DNA from: Phycisphaerae bacterium
Lineage (GTDB): Bacteria > Planctomycetota > Phycisphaerae > UBA1845
Direction: 5' to 3'
Length of the DNA stretch: 64,000 nucleotides
Assembly: GCA_963666835.2 (NCBI GenBank)
Contig: CAXXGO010000001.1
Span: 1,408,001-1,472,000, forward strand
This document shows positions 1-8,919 of the stretch, piece after piece. Positions within the stretch are counted from its first letter, which is position 1, and every line of letters begins with the position of its first letter. A model generated the notes under the pieces. That model saw nothing but the letters and a program-made list of their open reading frames with translations, ran no database searches and was not told the DNA's origin. Made by a program: the position numbers and the translations under genes.

Positions 1-879
1 GCTGTCGCCGGTGCGCTCGGGGTTCTTCAACGTGCATAAAAGCAGCTTGTGCTCGCGTTCCCACTCCTTGTATTGGGCCCAGCGTGCTTCTCCTACGATG
101 GAGCTCATGTTGACGTTGTCGCAGCACTGCAAGTAGAAGTACCTGTTGGGGTTGAATGCTGTGCTGCAATAACCCCCGTGCCCGATCAGAACAATCACGC
201 CGTAGTCTCCCAGGTTGAAGAAATCATCGGGCGTCACGGCCTTGTCGCCTGCCGCCCGGCGTTGGGTGATGTCGATCTCGTTTGCTTTCCAGCCTGCCGC
301 GGTCAGGGTGTTGTAGGCTCGTGAGCAGATCCAGTCGGTGACCACCGTCTCACATGTGCCCAGAATCCGCACGCGTTTCGAGGAGGGAGTCTCCACGCCG
401 CCGCCCGTCTTGGCGGCGATTACTCCGGGTGCCAAAGCACGCCGGCTTACTTCTGTCCACTTTCCCGCCATGGACTGCAAGGACCCGTCCGGCAGCGTCA
501 ACTCCAACTGGTCGAGTCCCTCGAGCATGGCATCCTGGTCCAGCGTGTAGACTACACCCTGAGTTCCATCCGCGAAGTCGACGAAAATGCTATAGCCGTC
601 TTCAGACAGGCTGGCCTGCGTGACGTTGGGGAATCCGTCGTTGAGCTGCGTGACTGTGGCGGTTCGTGCTTCCTCCTCGGTCAAAGTCGTCAGCGCCTGA
701 TCGTACACCTCCTTGGCGGAACGAAGAGTCTGCACGTCCTCGTCGGAGAAGAGCGGCTCAGTGTTGCCCGGCGTGCCGTTCCCGTTGCCTGGTGCACAAG
801 ACGAAAGCGCCGCCGCCGCGATCAGAAGACCAACTGCACATGCCGTACCCACTGTTACCTTCATAGTAATACCGATCAT
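1..879 (-). CDS. Predicted lipoprotein, hypothetical; 3' end runs off the window (partial)
   Basis: Not in the ORF track because there is no stop in the window. Manual translation from ATG 879 (GGAGAA RBS upstream) is open to position 1: MIGITMKVTVGTACAVGLLIAAAALSSC (lipobox LSSC)...DYGVIVLIGHGGY... Confidence 0.8.
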   Translation of the reverse strand, partial: MIGITMKVTVGTACAVGLLIAAAALSSCAPGNGNGTPGNTEPLFSDEDVQTLRSAKEVYDQALTTLTEEEARTATVTQLNDGFPNVTQASLSEDGYSIFVDFADGTQGVVYTLDQDAMLEGLDQLELTLPDGSLQSMAGKWTEVSRRALAPGVIAAKTGGGVETPSSKRVRILGTCETVVTDWICSRAYNTLTAAGWKANEIDITQRRAAGDKAVTPDDFFNLGDYGVIVLIGHGGYCSTAFNPNRYFYLQCCDNVNMSSIVGEARWAQYKEWEREHKLLLCTLKNPERTGDS

Positions 880-2005
880 GTCTATTCTCCGCGTTCCTGA
901 CCCGCTCCCCACGGGATACATGCTCGTGGATTACGGCTCCCCCGTTAAGCGCACTGTAACTCTGACGCGTCCGCCAACGCAAGACCGCGATGGCATATTC
1001 AAGTCGGTGGTTTTGCACCTTGGATCTTGTGCGGGTGTGCAAAGGGCGCATGTGGGCACGGGGGACGAATAATGGCAGGGCGCAGGATTTAGACGCCTAT
1101 GGTGTGTTCACTAAGCAGACGCTGATTCCCCGGTTCCTGCAGGTTCTCGTCAAGTCCAGCCAAGGCCAAGATCGGAGATGTGAGGGCGACGGAGGCCGAG
1201 CGTGGGCAAGCCGAGTGTCGAGAAGGAACGTCACTCGCTGGAGGTCGTGGCCCGCCATGAACGGAGCGGGAGGAAGGTCCCGGTGTTCTGCGATCAGGAA
1301 CAAGCCAAGGACTGGCAATTCTCTTTGTGGCGACGCGAGCTGCGGCACCGTGATGTCGGTCAAGCGGCGAATCGGAACAGCCGCTCGCGTGGCGCTCGCG
1401 TTGGTCCTTTAGGGGCAACCGCAGGTACTCTTCGGTTTGTCGAACAGGTCGCGGCGGCGGTTGTTTGGGGAGCCTCAGATTCCGTTCTTCCAGGCTCACC
1501 TCTTGTTGTGTTTCCGACTCCGTGTATCGCGGCATCACCAGTTTGCGTCCGTAATGGGAATAGGCACGTCGACCTGCTGGATGCTCCCCAGAGAGCGCTA
1601 GCCCCCAGTTGCCACCGGTGTTGCTCATGCCTGCGACGATGACCGCGCGGGCCACGAGCGCATTCGTGACACGCGCTTGTCCGGTGGCGCCGGATCCCGC
1701 CGTGCCCACCCAACCCACACCGGCCGGCGACAGGCATGCACGTCCCACGTTCTGCCCCACACGAACGCCGTCACCTCTGAGCAGCCACCCCGACCCCAAC
1801 GACCCCGCGGCGAGGCAAGCTCAGCGATAGACTGCTCGGGTTGGGAAGACGACTCGAAAGGCCGTGCCCGTTTGTTCTCTGCGACTTGACGTCTGGGTTG
1901 GCAACAGTACAATAATGCCCTTAGTATACCCAAGGACTATATAGTTTTGCTGCAGATTATCGTGCGCGGCGAGATCCGCGGCGAGTTCATGAAAGGAATT
2001 CGACG

Positions 2006-4585
2006 ATGACAATCCGGATAGTGAAGCCGTGGCTGGCGACGGTCGCTTCGCTGCTACTATGTGCGATGATCGCTTGCTCGGTTACGGTCGTCCCGGATGA
2101 TGACGGCGTCTCCGGCACGGTAACCATTGCCAACAAGACGTTCAGTTTCAAACTCGGATCCACAGGAGTCTTCGAGATTCGGGCGGACGGAACGAGTGCC
2201 CGCAACGCAGCCCAAGTCCAACCGCTGTTCTCCGAACCGGCCGAAACGCCCGCCAGCGGTGTCATTGCGATCGATTTGAACGACATCGACGTTGTGCCGC
2301 TGGATGTGAGCAAGGTGATTGTTTCATCGCAGATCATATCCGGATCAGCTCAGCTTGCCGTCTACATCGGATCGGCCAGCTCGGAGAACCCGTGCACCGA
2401 GGGTACGTATGTCGGCGCCTTTGCTCTTGCCATCACCGATGGTGTGGTCACCGTCGACGACGCTGAACTTGACTTGCCGGCCGCGGCGCTGGCGGAGGTG
2501 ATCACCGGTACGTTCAGCATCTGCCTCGAGATGACAGGCACGGTCGACATGCAGATCACTATTGACGGAATGGACATCGAGTTCGGACCTGCCGCGGAGA
2601 GTCCCGATGTGCCCGGTACGTGCACGGACGATAGCGACTGTGCTTCCGGCGAGACATGTGTCGACGGAGATTGCGTGGAAGACACGAGCGAGACCTGCAC
2701 GACCGACTCGGATTGCGGAACAGATGAAACGTGCGAGGGTGGCCAGTGTGTCGAAGCGACAGGACCCGACTGCGACTCTGACGGAGATTGCGACGCCGGT
2801 TATCGCTGCACCGACGGTGTGTGCGTGCCCGATACGACCGCCGAGTGTACGAGCGACGGCGATTGTGCAGGCGACGAGACGTGCGTCGAGGGTGAATGCG
2901 TCGCATCGTCGACCACGGGCTGCACCGAAGATGCCGACTGTCAAGCCGACGAAGTGTGTACCGATGGCGAGTGCGTGACGGCAGAGGAGAATGCCTGCGA
3001 TACTGACGCCGATTGCGAGTCCGGTGAAGTATGCGTCGCGGGCGAATGTGTTACCCAGACTATCGCCGAGACGGCCGAGATCGAGTATCGCCAGACGATG
3101 ACCGTTCTGGTCAACGTCGATGACGTAGACGACTACCTAGCCGACGAGCCCCATGAGTGCGGCCACGCGGTGGTCAGCGCGGACGGCTCCACGGTCGCGT
3201 TCAAATCCTGGGTGGACGGCTGGCGGGTCCCGGACGCCACGGATGAAGTCCACACGTACGTCATCAATGCGGATGGGACGGGCCTGACCGACCTGACCGG
3301 ACTCATGCCGGCGGATATGCGGCCCGATACGTTGAGCGAACTGCTGCTCAACGACGACGGCACGCGCCTATTTGCGCGGTACAACGCCAACATCTACTAC
3401 ATCAATCTTCCTTCCGGTGCCTGGACGCTGGCGGTGGCGGAACAAGACAGCCTCGGCAGCATGGGCGGCCACAAACCCTTCATGATAAACGGGGCAGGCA
3501 CCAGAACGTACTTCCTGGAGGATGAGGGCTGGAACGAGGTGACAGAGAAGTACGACCGTGGCATATACTACGCCGACCTGGGCGGATCGCCGGTCTCCCT
3601 TGTGAACCTCGATGAACTCCCCACACCGACTGCTACCCCCATGAACATGATCGATCTTAAGGGGAACGCCGCCGATGGCACGGTGTTGTTTACATGGAAC
3701 GAAGACTACTATGCCGGCAACTCGATCGGCCTTTGGAAGGCCGGCCCATCCGGCGGCGCCGAGCGGGTCGACGCGACCACGCACAATTACATGTATTCCG
3801 TGCAGGATATGCCCAACAAGATCGTCACGGCAGATGCAAGCCTGGCTCTGTACCACTGGGGCACGGCGGATAACGAGTTCACGCTTGATCTGATTGACAT
3901 GGACACGGGATCCACGACCACGCTGGCGACCGACAGCGGCCTGAACGGTTTGAGCAACTTCGCGCTGTCTGGTGACGGCAAGTATGCTCGCTATTCGCTG
4001 CCCGGTGTCAGTTGTGCCCTGCACGACCTGACCACCGGCGATCGCCGGGAGACCATCTCGTACTACACGAGTTTCACCACGTGGCCTACCGAACTCTCGG
4101 ACCTGACAGACGATGGGCGGTACCAGTTCCAGACGGACACGGACTACACCAAAATCTACAAGACCGATTTCAGACCCGGCGAAGGGCCCTATACGGCCGC
4201 ACCGAGCATCAGCGCGATTGCGTTCAGCGCGGAGGATATACCCAACGACGAGTCCACGACGATCACGATCGCGGCCACGGTGTCGGACCCGAACGGTTTG
4301 AGCACCATCACAAGCGTCAAGTGGATTCCGATGTTTGAAGGGCAAGAGGACGTGGCAGGAGACGCGCCACTCATCGGTGACACACATACAATGTACGACG
4401 ACGGTACCCACGGGGACGCAGCCGCCGGCGACGGGACATACACGCAAAATACGATCCGGACCCGCTCCAGCAGCTCCTACTTCACAGAAGTAACACTACC
4501 CTACGCGTTCGGCCTACGGATCTTGGCTACCGACGAGGATGGCAATCACACTATCGCCGACACGCGGCTTACGGTAACGGAGTAG
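2006..4585 (+). CDS. Large surface lipoprotein: Cys/Asp-rich tandem repeats, beta-propeller-like middle, C-terminal DDG..GD..AGDG (choice-of-anchor-X-like) domain
   Basis: 859 aa ORF; GAAAGGA RBS; signal peptide ending in MIAC; six 4-Cys repeats; SADGSTVAF and INADGTGLTDLT propeller-like motifs; MYDDGTHGDAAAGDGTYT near the C-terminus. Confidence 0.85.
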   Translation: MTIRIVKPWLATVASLLLCAMIACSVTVVPDDDGVSGTVTIANKTFSFKLGSTGVFEIRADGTSARNAAQVQPLFSEPAETPASGVIAIDLNDIDVVPLDVSKVIVSSQIISGSAQLAVYIGSASSENPCTEGTYVGAFALAITDGVVTVDDAELDLPAAALAEVITGTFSICLEMTGTVDMQITIDGMDIEFGPAAESPDVPGTCTDDSDCASGETCVDGDCVEDTSETCTTDSDCGTDETCEGGQCVEATGPDCDSDGDCDAGYRCTDGVCVPDTTAECTSDGDCAGDETCVEGECVASSTTGCTEDADCQADEVCTDGECVTAEENACDTDADCESGEVCVAGECVTQTIAETAEIEYRQTMTVLVNVDDVDDYLADEPHECGHAVVSADGSTVAFKSWVDGWRVPDATDEVHTYVINADGTGLTDLTGLMPADMRPDTLSELLLNDDGTRLFARYNANIYYINLPSGAWTLAVAEQDSLGSMGGHKPFMINGAGTRTYFLEDEGWNEVTEKYDRGIYYADLGGSPVSLVNLDELPTPTATPMNMIDLKGNAADGTVLFTWNEDYYAGNSIGLWKAGPSGGAERVDATTHNYMYSVQDMPNKIVTADASLALYHWGTADNEFTLDLIDMDTGSTTTLATDSGLNGLSNFALSGDGKYARYSLPGVSCALHDLTTGDRRETISYYTSFTTWPTELSDLTDDGRYQFQTDTDYTKIYKTDFRPGEGPYTAAPSISAIAFSAEDIPNDESTTITIAATVSDPNGLSTITSVKWIPMFEGQEDVAGDAPLIGDTHTMYDDGTHGDAAAGDGTYTQNTIRTRSSSSYFTEVTLPYAFGLRILATDEDGNHTIADTRLTVTE
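2618..3052 (+). repeat. Six tandem ~75-bp coding repeats encoding C-x-x-D-x-D-C-x4-5-C-x-x-G-x-C-V
   Basis: TCTDDSDCASGETCVDGDCV / TCTTDSDCGTDETCEGGQCV / DCDSDGDCDAGYRCTDGVCV / ECTSDGDCAGDETCVEGECV / GCTEDADCQADEVCTDGECV / ACDTDADCESGEVCVAGECV, 25-aa period. Confidence 0.9.
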
Positions 4586-4615
4586 CACGCCGGCGTTAAA
4601 GGAACAAGAACACGC

Positions 4616-4639
4616 AGCCAAGTAGGTCGGGCTCGGCCC
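4616..4639 (+). repeat. GTAG-type REP-like palindrome (copy 1)
   Basis: agccaaGTAGgtcgggctcggccc; near-identical to 6059-6085 and to the reverse complement of 6715-6735. Confidence 0.65.
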
Positions 4640-4675
4640 AATGGTATTAACCTCGTCAGGCCGCCATGCGGGCAA

Positions 4676-4776
4676 CCGTCCCGAAGGGACTTCGGGCACT
4701 TAGCCACGGGTGGAGCGAAGCGGAACCCATGGGTGAGATTCGCTCCCCACGTGCTCCCGTCCCGAAGGGCCGGCGG
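4676..4776. repeat. REP-like palindrome cluster
   Basis: gtcccgaagggac hairpin, tagccacgggtggagcgaagcggaacccatggg hairpin, second ccgtcccgaaggg; intergenic between convergent genes. Confidence 0.65.
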
Positions 4777-4951
4777 ACTGTTTCAGACGGGTGGCCCACG
4801 TCCTTTTGTCTTTGCCGCGCGGCCCGAATCTCCGCGGGCTGTTCAATGGCACTCCCACTGGACGTGGGGGAGCCGATGATCAGCGGTCGACAATCACTTC
4901 GGAGGTTTCGCCACCACGCCGCAACCCCCGTTGGGGTTGTTCGGGGGTCTA

Positions 4952-5088
4952 ACCATGATCCCAGGGTAGCCGCTTCGCGGCAACCCTGGGCTGCAGGGCG
5001 CAACGCCGTTGGCGTACTCGGACGGGACGCAGTCCGCACATCAGAGAGGACTTTCTCGTCTCGTCTGCCAAGGTCAGTATCATTGAGC
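4952..5088 (+). repeat. ~137-bp dispersed repeat with REP hairpin (copy A; copy B at 44289-44425)
   Basis: cccagggtagccgcttcgcggcaaccctggg hairpin followed by gccgttggcgtactcg..cgggacgcagtccgca.atcagagagg.ct.tctcgtctcgtctgccaagg, aligning without gaps to copy B. Confidence 0.85.
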
Positions 5089-5106
5089 GCAGCCCCACCT
5101 ACCGTG

Positions 5107-6018
5107 CTAGTCTGCATCAGAATCAGGCGACCGATCAACGTCTTCCGGCGGGTCTTGAACCGAACTCCGAAGCACCTCGCGCACAGCGTCGTGAAAGGTC
5201 AGTGCGCCATCCATCAGGCACTGCACGGCACGCGACGGAAACAGCACGGCGACGGCCTCGGCTGCTTGCACGGCAATCCCGGCTGACTCGTGGTGCATGA
5301 GAGGCACGACGAAGTCCTCGAACTCCTGCAAACGGCGATCTTTGATGCAGTACAGCGCTGGCAAAAGGACACTCTCCTCCGATGGCCAGCGGTCCACCGT
5401 TTGGCGAATCCGCTCGACCGTCCATTCTCTATCGAGATCCGCATACCATACGAGATAGAGGCCTTCCGAAGCCACCTTCACACTAGAGTCTCCAGAAGCG
5501 CGTTCGAGGATCGTTGCAGCAAACGCATCGGACACAGACAAGGCTGCCCTCATCACGCGCAAACAGTCCGATTCGTCGCCCTCATCGAGAATCTCCAGCA
5601 GCCACTCTGCCAGCGAACCATCGTCGGCATCTACACACGGAATGGCAGAAACCGCTGCACCACGAGCGGCTCCGCCCAAACCTAAGGCGCGCTCGACGAA
5701 ATATCTGGGAATCGCGCTGGTATACTCGTTCTCCGCGAGGAGTCGCAGGCTCCACGCAACTTGGTCATTGTCGCTCGCGCAGGTCACGACGCTTTCAAGG
5801 CGCGCAACAACAGGTCCGGGCAGTGGCATTACTCTGAGACATTCATATGCCGCCTCGCATATGCAGTCGGTCTCTCTGAGCAGCACATCCACGAGATCGT
5901 CAGGGCAGTCAGAGAGGCTTCCTATAGCTTCGTGTACGAGCGGCGCACGGTCGCACTTCCACCGCGGTTCCGCTACCAATTGCCTCAACCGGAAAAGCGC
6001 ACGCTCTTTGCGGCTCAT
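5107..6018 (-). CDS. Hypothetical alpha-helical (HEAT-repeat-like) protein
   Basis: ORF 5107..6033, likely start ATG 6018 (MSRKERAL); repeated helical HEAT-like patterns such as ASGDSSVKVASEGL and HHESAGIAVQAAEAV. Confidence 0.6.
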   Translation of the reverse strand: MSRKERALFRLRQLVAEPRWKCDRAPLVHEAIGSLSDCPDDLVDVLLRETDCICEAAYECLRVMPLPGPVVARLESVVTCASDNDQVAWSLRLLAENEYTSAIPRYFVERALGLGGAARGAAVSAIPCVDADDGSLAEWLLEILDEGDESDCLRVMRAALSVSDAFAATILERASGDSSVKVASEGLYLVWYADLDREWTVERIRQTVDRWPSEESVLLPALYCIKDRRLQEFEDFVVPLMHHESAGIAVQAAEAVAVLFPSRAVQCLMDGALTFHDAVREVLRSSVQDPPEDVDRSPDSDAD

Positions 6019-6058
6019 GTAAACCCCACCCAACTAATGCGGAGGCTCCTCGCTGAGA

Positions 6059-6085
6059 AGCCAAGTAGGTCAAGCTCGGCCCGAC
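6059..6085 (+). repeat. GTAG-type REP-like palindrome (copy 2)
   Basis: agccaaGTAGgtcaagctcggcccgac, matches 4616-4639. Confidence 0.6.
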
Positions 6086-6142
6086 GCCTCCCTATCCTAT
6101 TGCGCGGAGCCTACGATTCCATTAGATAGACGCGGCGGCAGG

Positions 6143-6553
6143 CTAGATCGCCGTGCCACATTCCGGGCACCGAGGTTCTGTCAGTCCCCTGAGGATGTAC
6201 CCACAGTTACCGCACCGTGTATATCCATCCGGTGTTCCACGTCCGATTCGTGTTATCAGAACGAACACGGCAACGGACAGCAGACTGCTGGTGCCGGCAA
6301 CGATAGCGAAGCGCATCACATAGAAGGTCTCTGTCGCATATATACCTTGAGCATGATAGCTGCTTCGGGCTGCAAGTCTCGGGTGGAACCAGCTCGCGAT
6401 TCTCTCCGCAGCAGAAAACGTCCAATCGTGGGCATCATGCATTGCGCAAGTCGTCAACGAGAGGAAGCCAGCCGAGATCAGGATCGCTAGAACCATCCGC
6501 CTGCCGGTACGCCACCTTCGAGACCGACCTCTGGCGAACGTTGAGAGGTTCAT
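6143..6553 (-). CDS. Two-TM membrane protein with C-terminal zinc ribbon
   Basis: Two hydrophobic segments, then CGNCGYILRGLTEPRCPECG. Confidence 0.7.
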   Translation of the reverse strand: MNLSTFARGRSRRWRTGRRMVLAILISAGFLSLTTCAMHDAHDWTFSAAERIASWFHPRLAARSSYHAQGIYATETFYVMRFAIVAGTSSLLSVAVFVLITRIGRGTPDGYTRCGNCGYILRGLTEPRCPECGTAI

Positions 6554-6714
6554 CGGCCGGTCTGCCTGGGATGGGCAATCGTCCTAGATTTCAGCGGAGA
6601 CAAGTCATCGGCACAGGTCGGAACGACACGACAGGTCCCAAGCGACCGAGCATACGCAGCCATACTCAAACTCCGAAACGAATGGTTGACGGTTTCGATT
6701 GTCTCCAGGCTTCC

Positions 6715-6735
6715 GTCGGGCTGAGCCCGACCTGC
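6715..6735 (-). repeat. REP-like palindrome (copy 3, inverted)
   Basis: Reverse complement is gcaggtcgggctcagcccgac, with stem gtcgggc/gcccgac. Confidence 0.6.
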
Positions 6736-6771
6736 CGCGCTCGATGACAACTCGGTGTCAGGTCGTGTCGA

Positions 6772-8469
6772 TCAGGGGTTCTCATCCGAAGTGGGTTTGT
6801 GGGAACGTAAGTAGCTCCGGGCGAGGTCGTCGCCGAGGCGGGCGGCTTCCTTGAAGCACCGGATCGCCTCTTCCTGGTCCGGGGGACCGACCAGCCCGTC
6901 GCCCGCGGCCAGCGCCAAGCTCCGCCAAGCGGCGGCATCGCCCAGCTCGGCGGCCTTGCGCCACAAGTCGACGGCTTTGTGGTCGTCTTTCTCAGCCACC
7001 CCGCGGCCCTCATGATACATGAAGCCCAGTTTCGTCATGGCCGCGGCAGAACCCGCGCGCGAAGCCTTCTCCCACCACTCCACGGCCTTGGCGTCGTCCT
7101 GAGGCAACCCGCCCCGGGCGACGATGTGCCAGACGCCGAGCGTGGTCATCGCTCCCACGGAGCCTTTCTCCGCGGCTCGAAGGTACCATTTCGCGGCCTG
7201 CTCCTCGTCCTTATCCACGCCGCGGCCCAGCTCGAGCATGGTGGCCAGGCTGTTCATCGCCGAGGCCTCCCCTCGGATCGCGGCGCGGCGGAGGTACTGA
7301 ACGGCTTGCTCATCGTCCTGCGCTACGCCTCGGCCCTCCGCCAGGCAGACTGCCAGATTAGTCAGTCCGCGGCGATCGTCCTTAGCAGCGGCTTTGCGAT
7401 ACCAGTCGACTGCCTCGGCATAGTCCTGGGCAACTCCGCGTCCCGCCTCGTACATCACCCCGAGGTTGGCCATACCCGCTGCGTGTCCCGCACCCGCCGC
7501 CTTGCGATACCAGTTCACCGCCTGCCTATCGTCTTGCGGCACTCCGCGTCCTTCGCTGTACATGGTCCCCAGGTTAGTCATTGCTTTGGCGAACCCTGCT
7601 TCTGCGGCCTTGCGGTACCAGAAGGCAGCTTGCGTGTGGTCTTTGGTGACCCCGCGTCCCGAGTCGTACATGACGCCGAGATTGCTCATGGCTCTGACGT
7701 AGCCGGCATCGGCGGCCTTGCGGTACCAGGCAGCAGCCTGGGCGTCATCGCGTTCAACACCGTGTCCGTTGGCGTACATCAGTGCCAGCCGGTCCATTGC
7801 GAGCGGGTCTCCGGCGATGGCGGCCTTGGTATACCAGGTGATGCTGGCCGCCGGGTCAGATTCAACGCCCAGCCCGGCGTCGATTGCGAAGGCATAGAGC
7901 CCCAGAGCGTGCCGGTCATTCTTCTCGGCCAGCCGTCGCACGGCCGGCAGCACTTCCGCAGCGATTTCGACGGCTTGAGCTGCGTCCTCTTGGAACCCGC
8001 ATTCCCCCTTGTAGTGGCAGCGGGCGAGCCACATCCGGGCGATCGGGTCGTCATCCGCCGCGGCGGCGAGGAACATCTGTTTGGCCTTGGTCTTCAGAGG
8101 CTTGCCGATAAGGTAGCAGAACGAAACGGCTTGCCGGAGCGTAGCTTGAGTCTTGGAGGGAGTCGCGGACACCGGTTCGGTCGACGCCGCGCCGTCGGTT
8201 GGTGGGTTCTTCTCGCGGGAGACGTCCGGCTCATGCGCCGGCTCAACCTTTTCCGGCTTTGATGTCGCAGTCGGTCCGGCGGGTTCGGCACGTTCCGTTG
8301 GGGGCGTTTTGTCCGGGGCGGTAGCGGACGAGCTGTCCGCGGGGGACTTGGCGGCGGAGGGCGGGGAATCGGTTCCCCGCTCGGCGTCGGGCCGCGGAGC
8401 TTCGTCCCTTTTGCATCCCACGAAGGTAACCAGCAGAATAAGTACGCCTACACGCCATAACCGGGTCAT
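6772..8469 (-). CDS. Sel1-like repeat lipoprotein
   Basis: Lipobox FVGC; Pro/Thr/Ala-rich linker; about 11 Sel1 repeats of the form AMxNLGxMYxxGRGVxQDxxQAxxWYRKAAxxG. Confidence 0.92.
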   Translation of the reverse strand: MTRLWRVGVLILLVTFVGCKRDEAPRPDAERGTDSPPSAAKSPADSSSATAPDKTPPTERAEPAGPTATSKPEKVEPAHEPDVSREKNPPTDGAASTEPVSATPSKTQATLRQAVSFCYLIGKPLKTKAKQMFLAAAADDDPIARMWLARCHYKGECGFQEDAAQAVEIAAEVLPAVRRLAEKNDRHALGLYAFAIDAGLGVESDPAASITWYTKAAIAGDPLAMDRLALMYANGHGVERDDAQAAAWYRKAADAGYVRAMSNLGVMYDSGRGVTKDHTQAAFWYRKAAEAGFAKAMTNLGTMYSEGRGVPQDDRQAVNWYRKAAGAGHAAGMANLGVMYEAGRGVAQDYAEAVDWYRKAAAKDDRRGLTNLAVCLAEGRGVAQDDEQAVQYLRRAAIRGEASAMNSLATMLELGRGVDKDEEQAAKWYLRAAEKGSVGAMTTLGVWHIVARGGLPQDDAKAVEWWEKASRAGSAAAMTKLGFMYHEGRGVAEKDDHKAVDLWRKAAELGDAAAWRSLALAAGDGLVGPPDQEEAIRCFKEAARLGDDLARSYLRSHKPTSDENP

Positions 8470-8649
8470 CGTCTGTGCTCCCTTTGAACCGCACGGTCAA
8501 TCGTAAAACTGTTGTGGCGCCCGTCGGTGGCTGCAAGAGGGGCGCAAACATGTACTTACGTATACCCGAAAAACAGCAGAATGGCGACCATCCTTGGTGC
8601 GCCGGCCATCAAGACCGGCCCATCATTCGACGCCCGTTCCAGGGTTCAT

Positions 8650-8919
8650 TCAGCCCAGCGGATGCGCCATCAGCTTCCGACGGCAGTCATCACAGACATC
8701 AAAGCGAAACGCTCGGTAGGTTTGGTCTTCGACTTCGTCCGGATCTGCGGTGGCCAGGTCATTCAGAACAGCCTGGAGTTTCTGCCTCGTGTCGGCCGGT
8801 GGCTCTTCTTCGAGGTCAATGTGCTCTGCGGCGGCAAAGACCTCCATTCTCACGATGAACCGTAGCGGATCGTTGGGATCCATGCGCCGACCGCATCTGT
8901 CGCATTCGAAGCGGATCAT
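8650..8919 (-). CDS. Small zinc-binding hypothetical protein
   Basis: CDRC at the N-terminus and CDDC at the C-terminus; ATGA overlap with the trpD stop. Confidence 0.75.
   Translation of the reverse strand: MIRFECDRCGRRMDPNDPLRFIVRMEVFAAAEHIDLEEEPPADTRQKLQAVLNDLATADPDEVEDQTYRAFRFDVCDDCRRKLMAHPLG

Noticed and set aside
1089..1799. 236-aa minus-strand ORF and other overlapping ORFs between the divergent lipoprotein genes
   Set aside because: Low-complexity Arg/Pro/Ser-rich translations with no motif or clear RBS; probably non-coding or decayed sequence.
4656..5286. ORFs 4656..5138 (-) and 4666..5286 (+)
   Set aside because: They are translations of REP palindromes and the dispersed repeat; similar peptide text recurs at 44.0-44.6 kb.
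6900..7900. Periodic ~108-bp DNA similarity that could suggest a CRISPR or tandem array
   Set aside because: Explained by Sel1 protein repeats; there are no identical repeats with unique spacers. No CRISPR array or cas gene was seen in the window.
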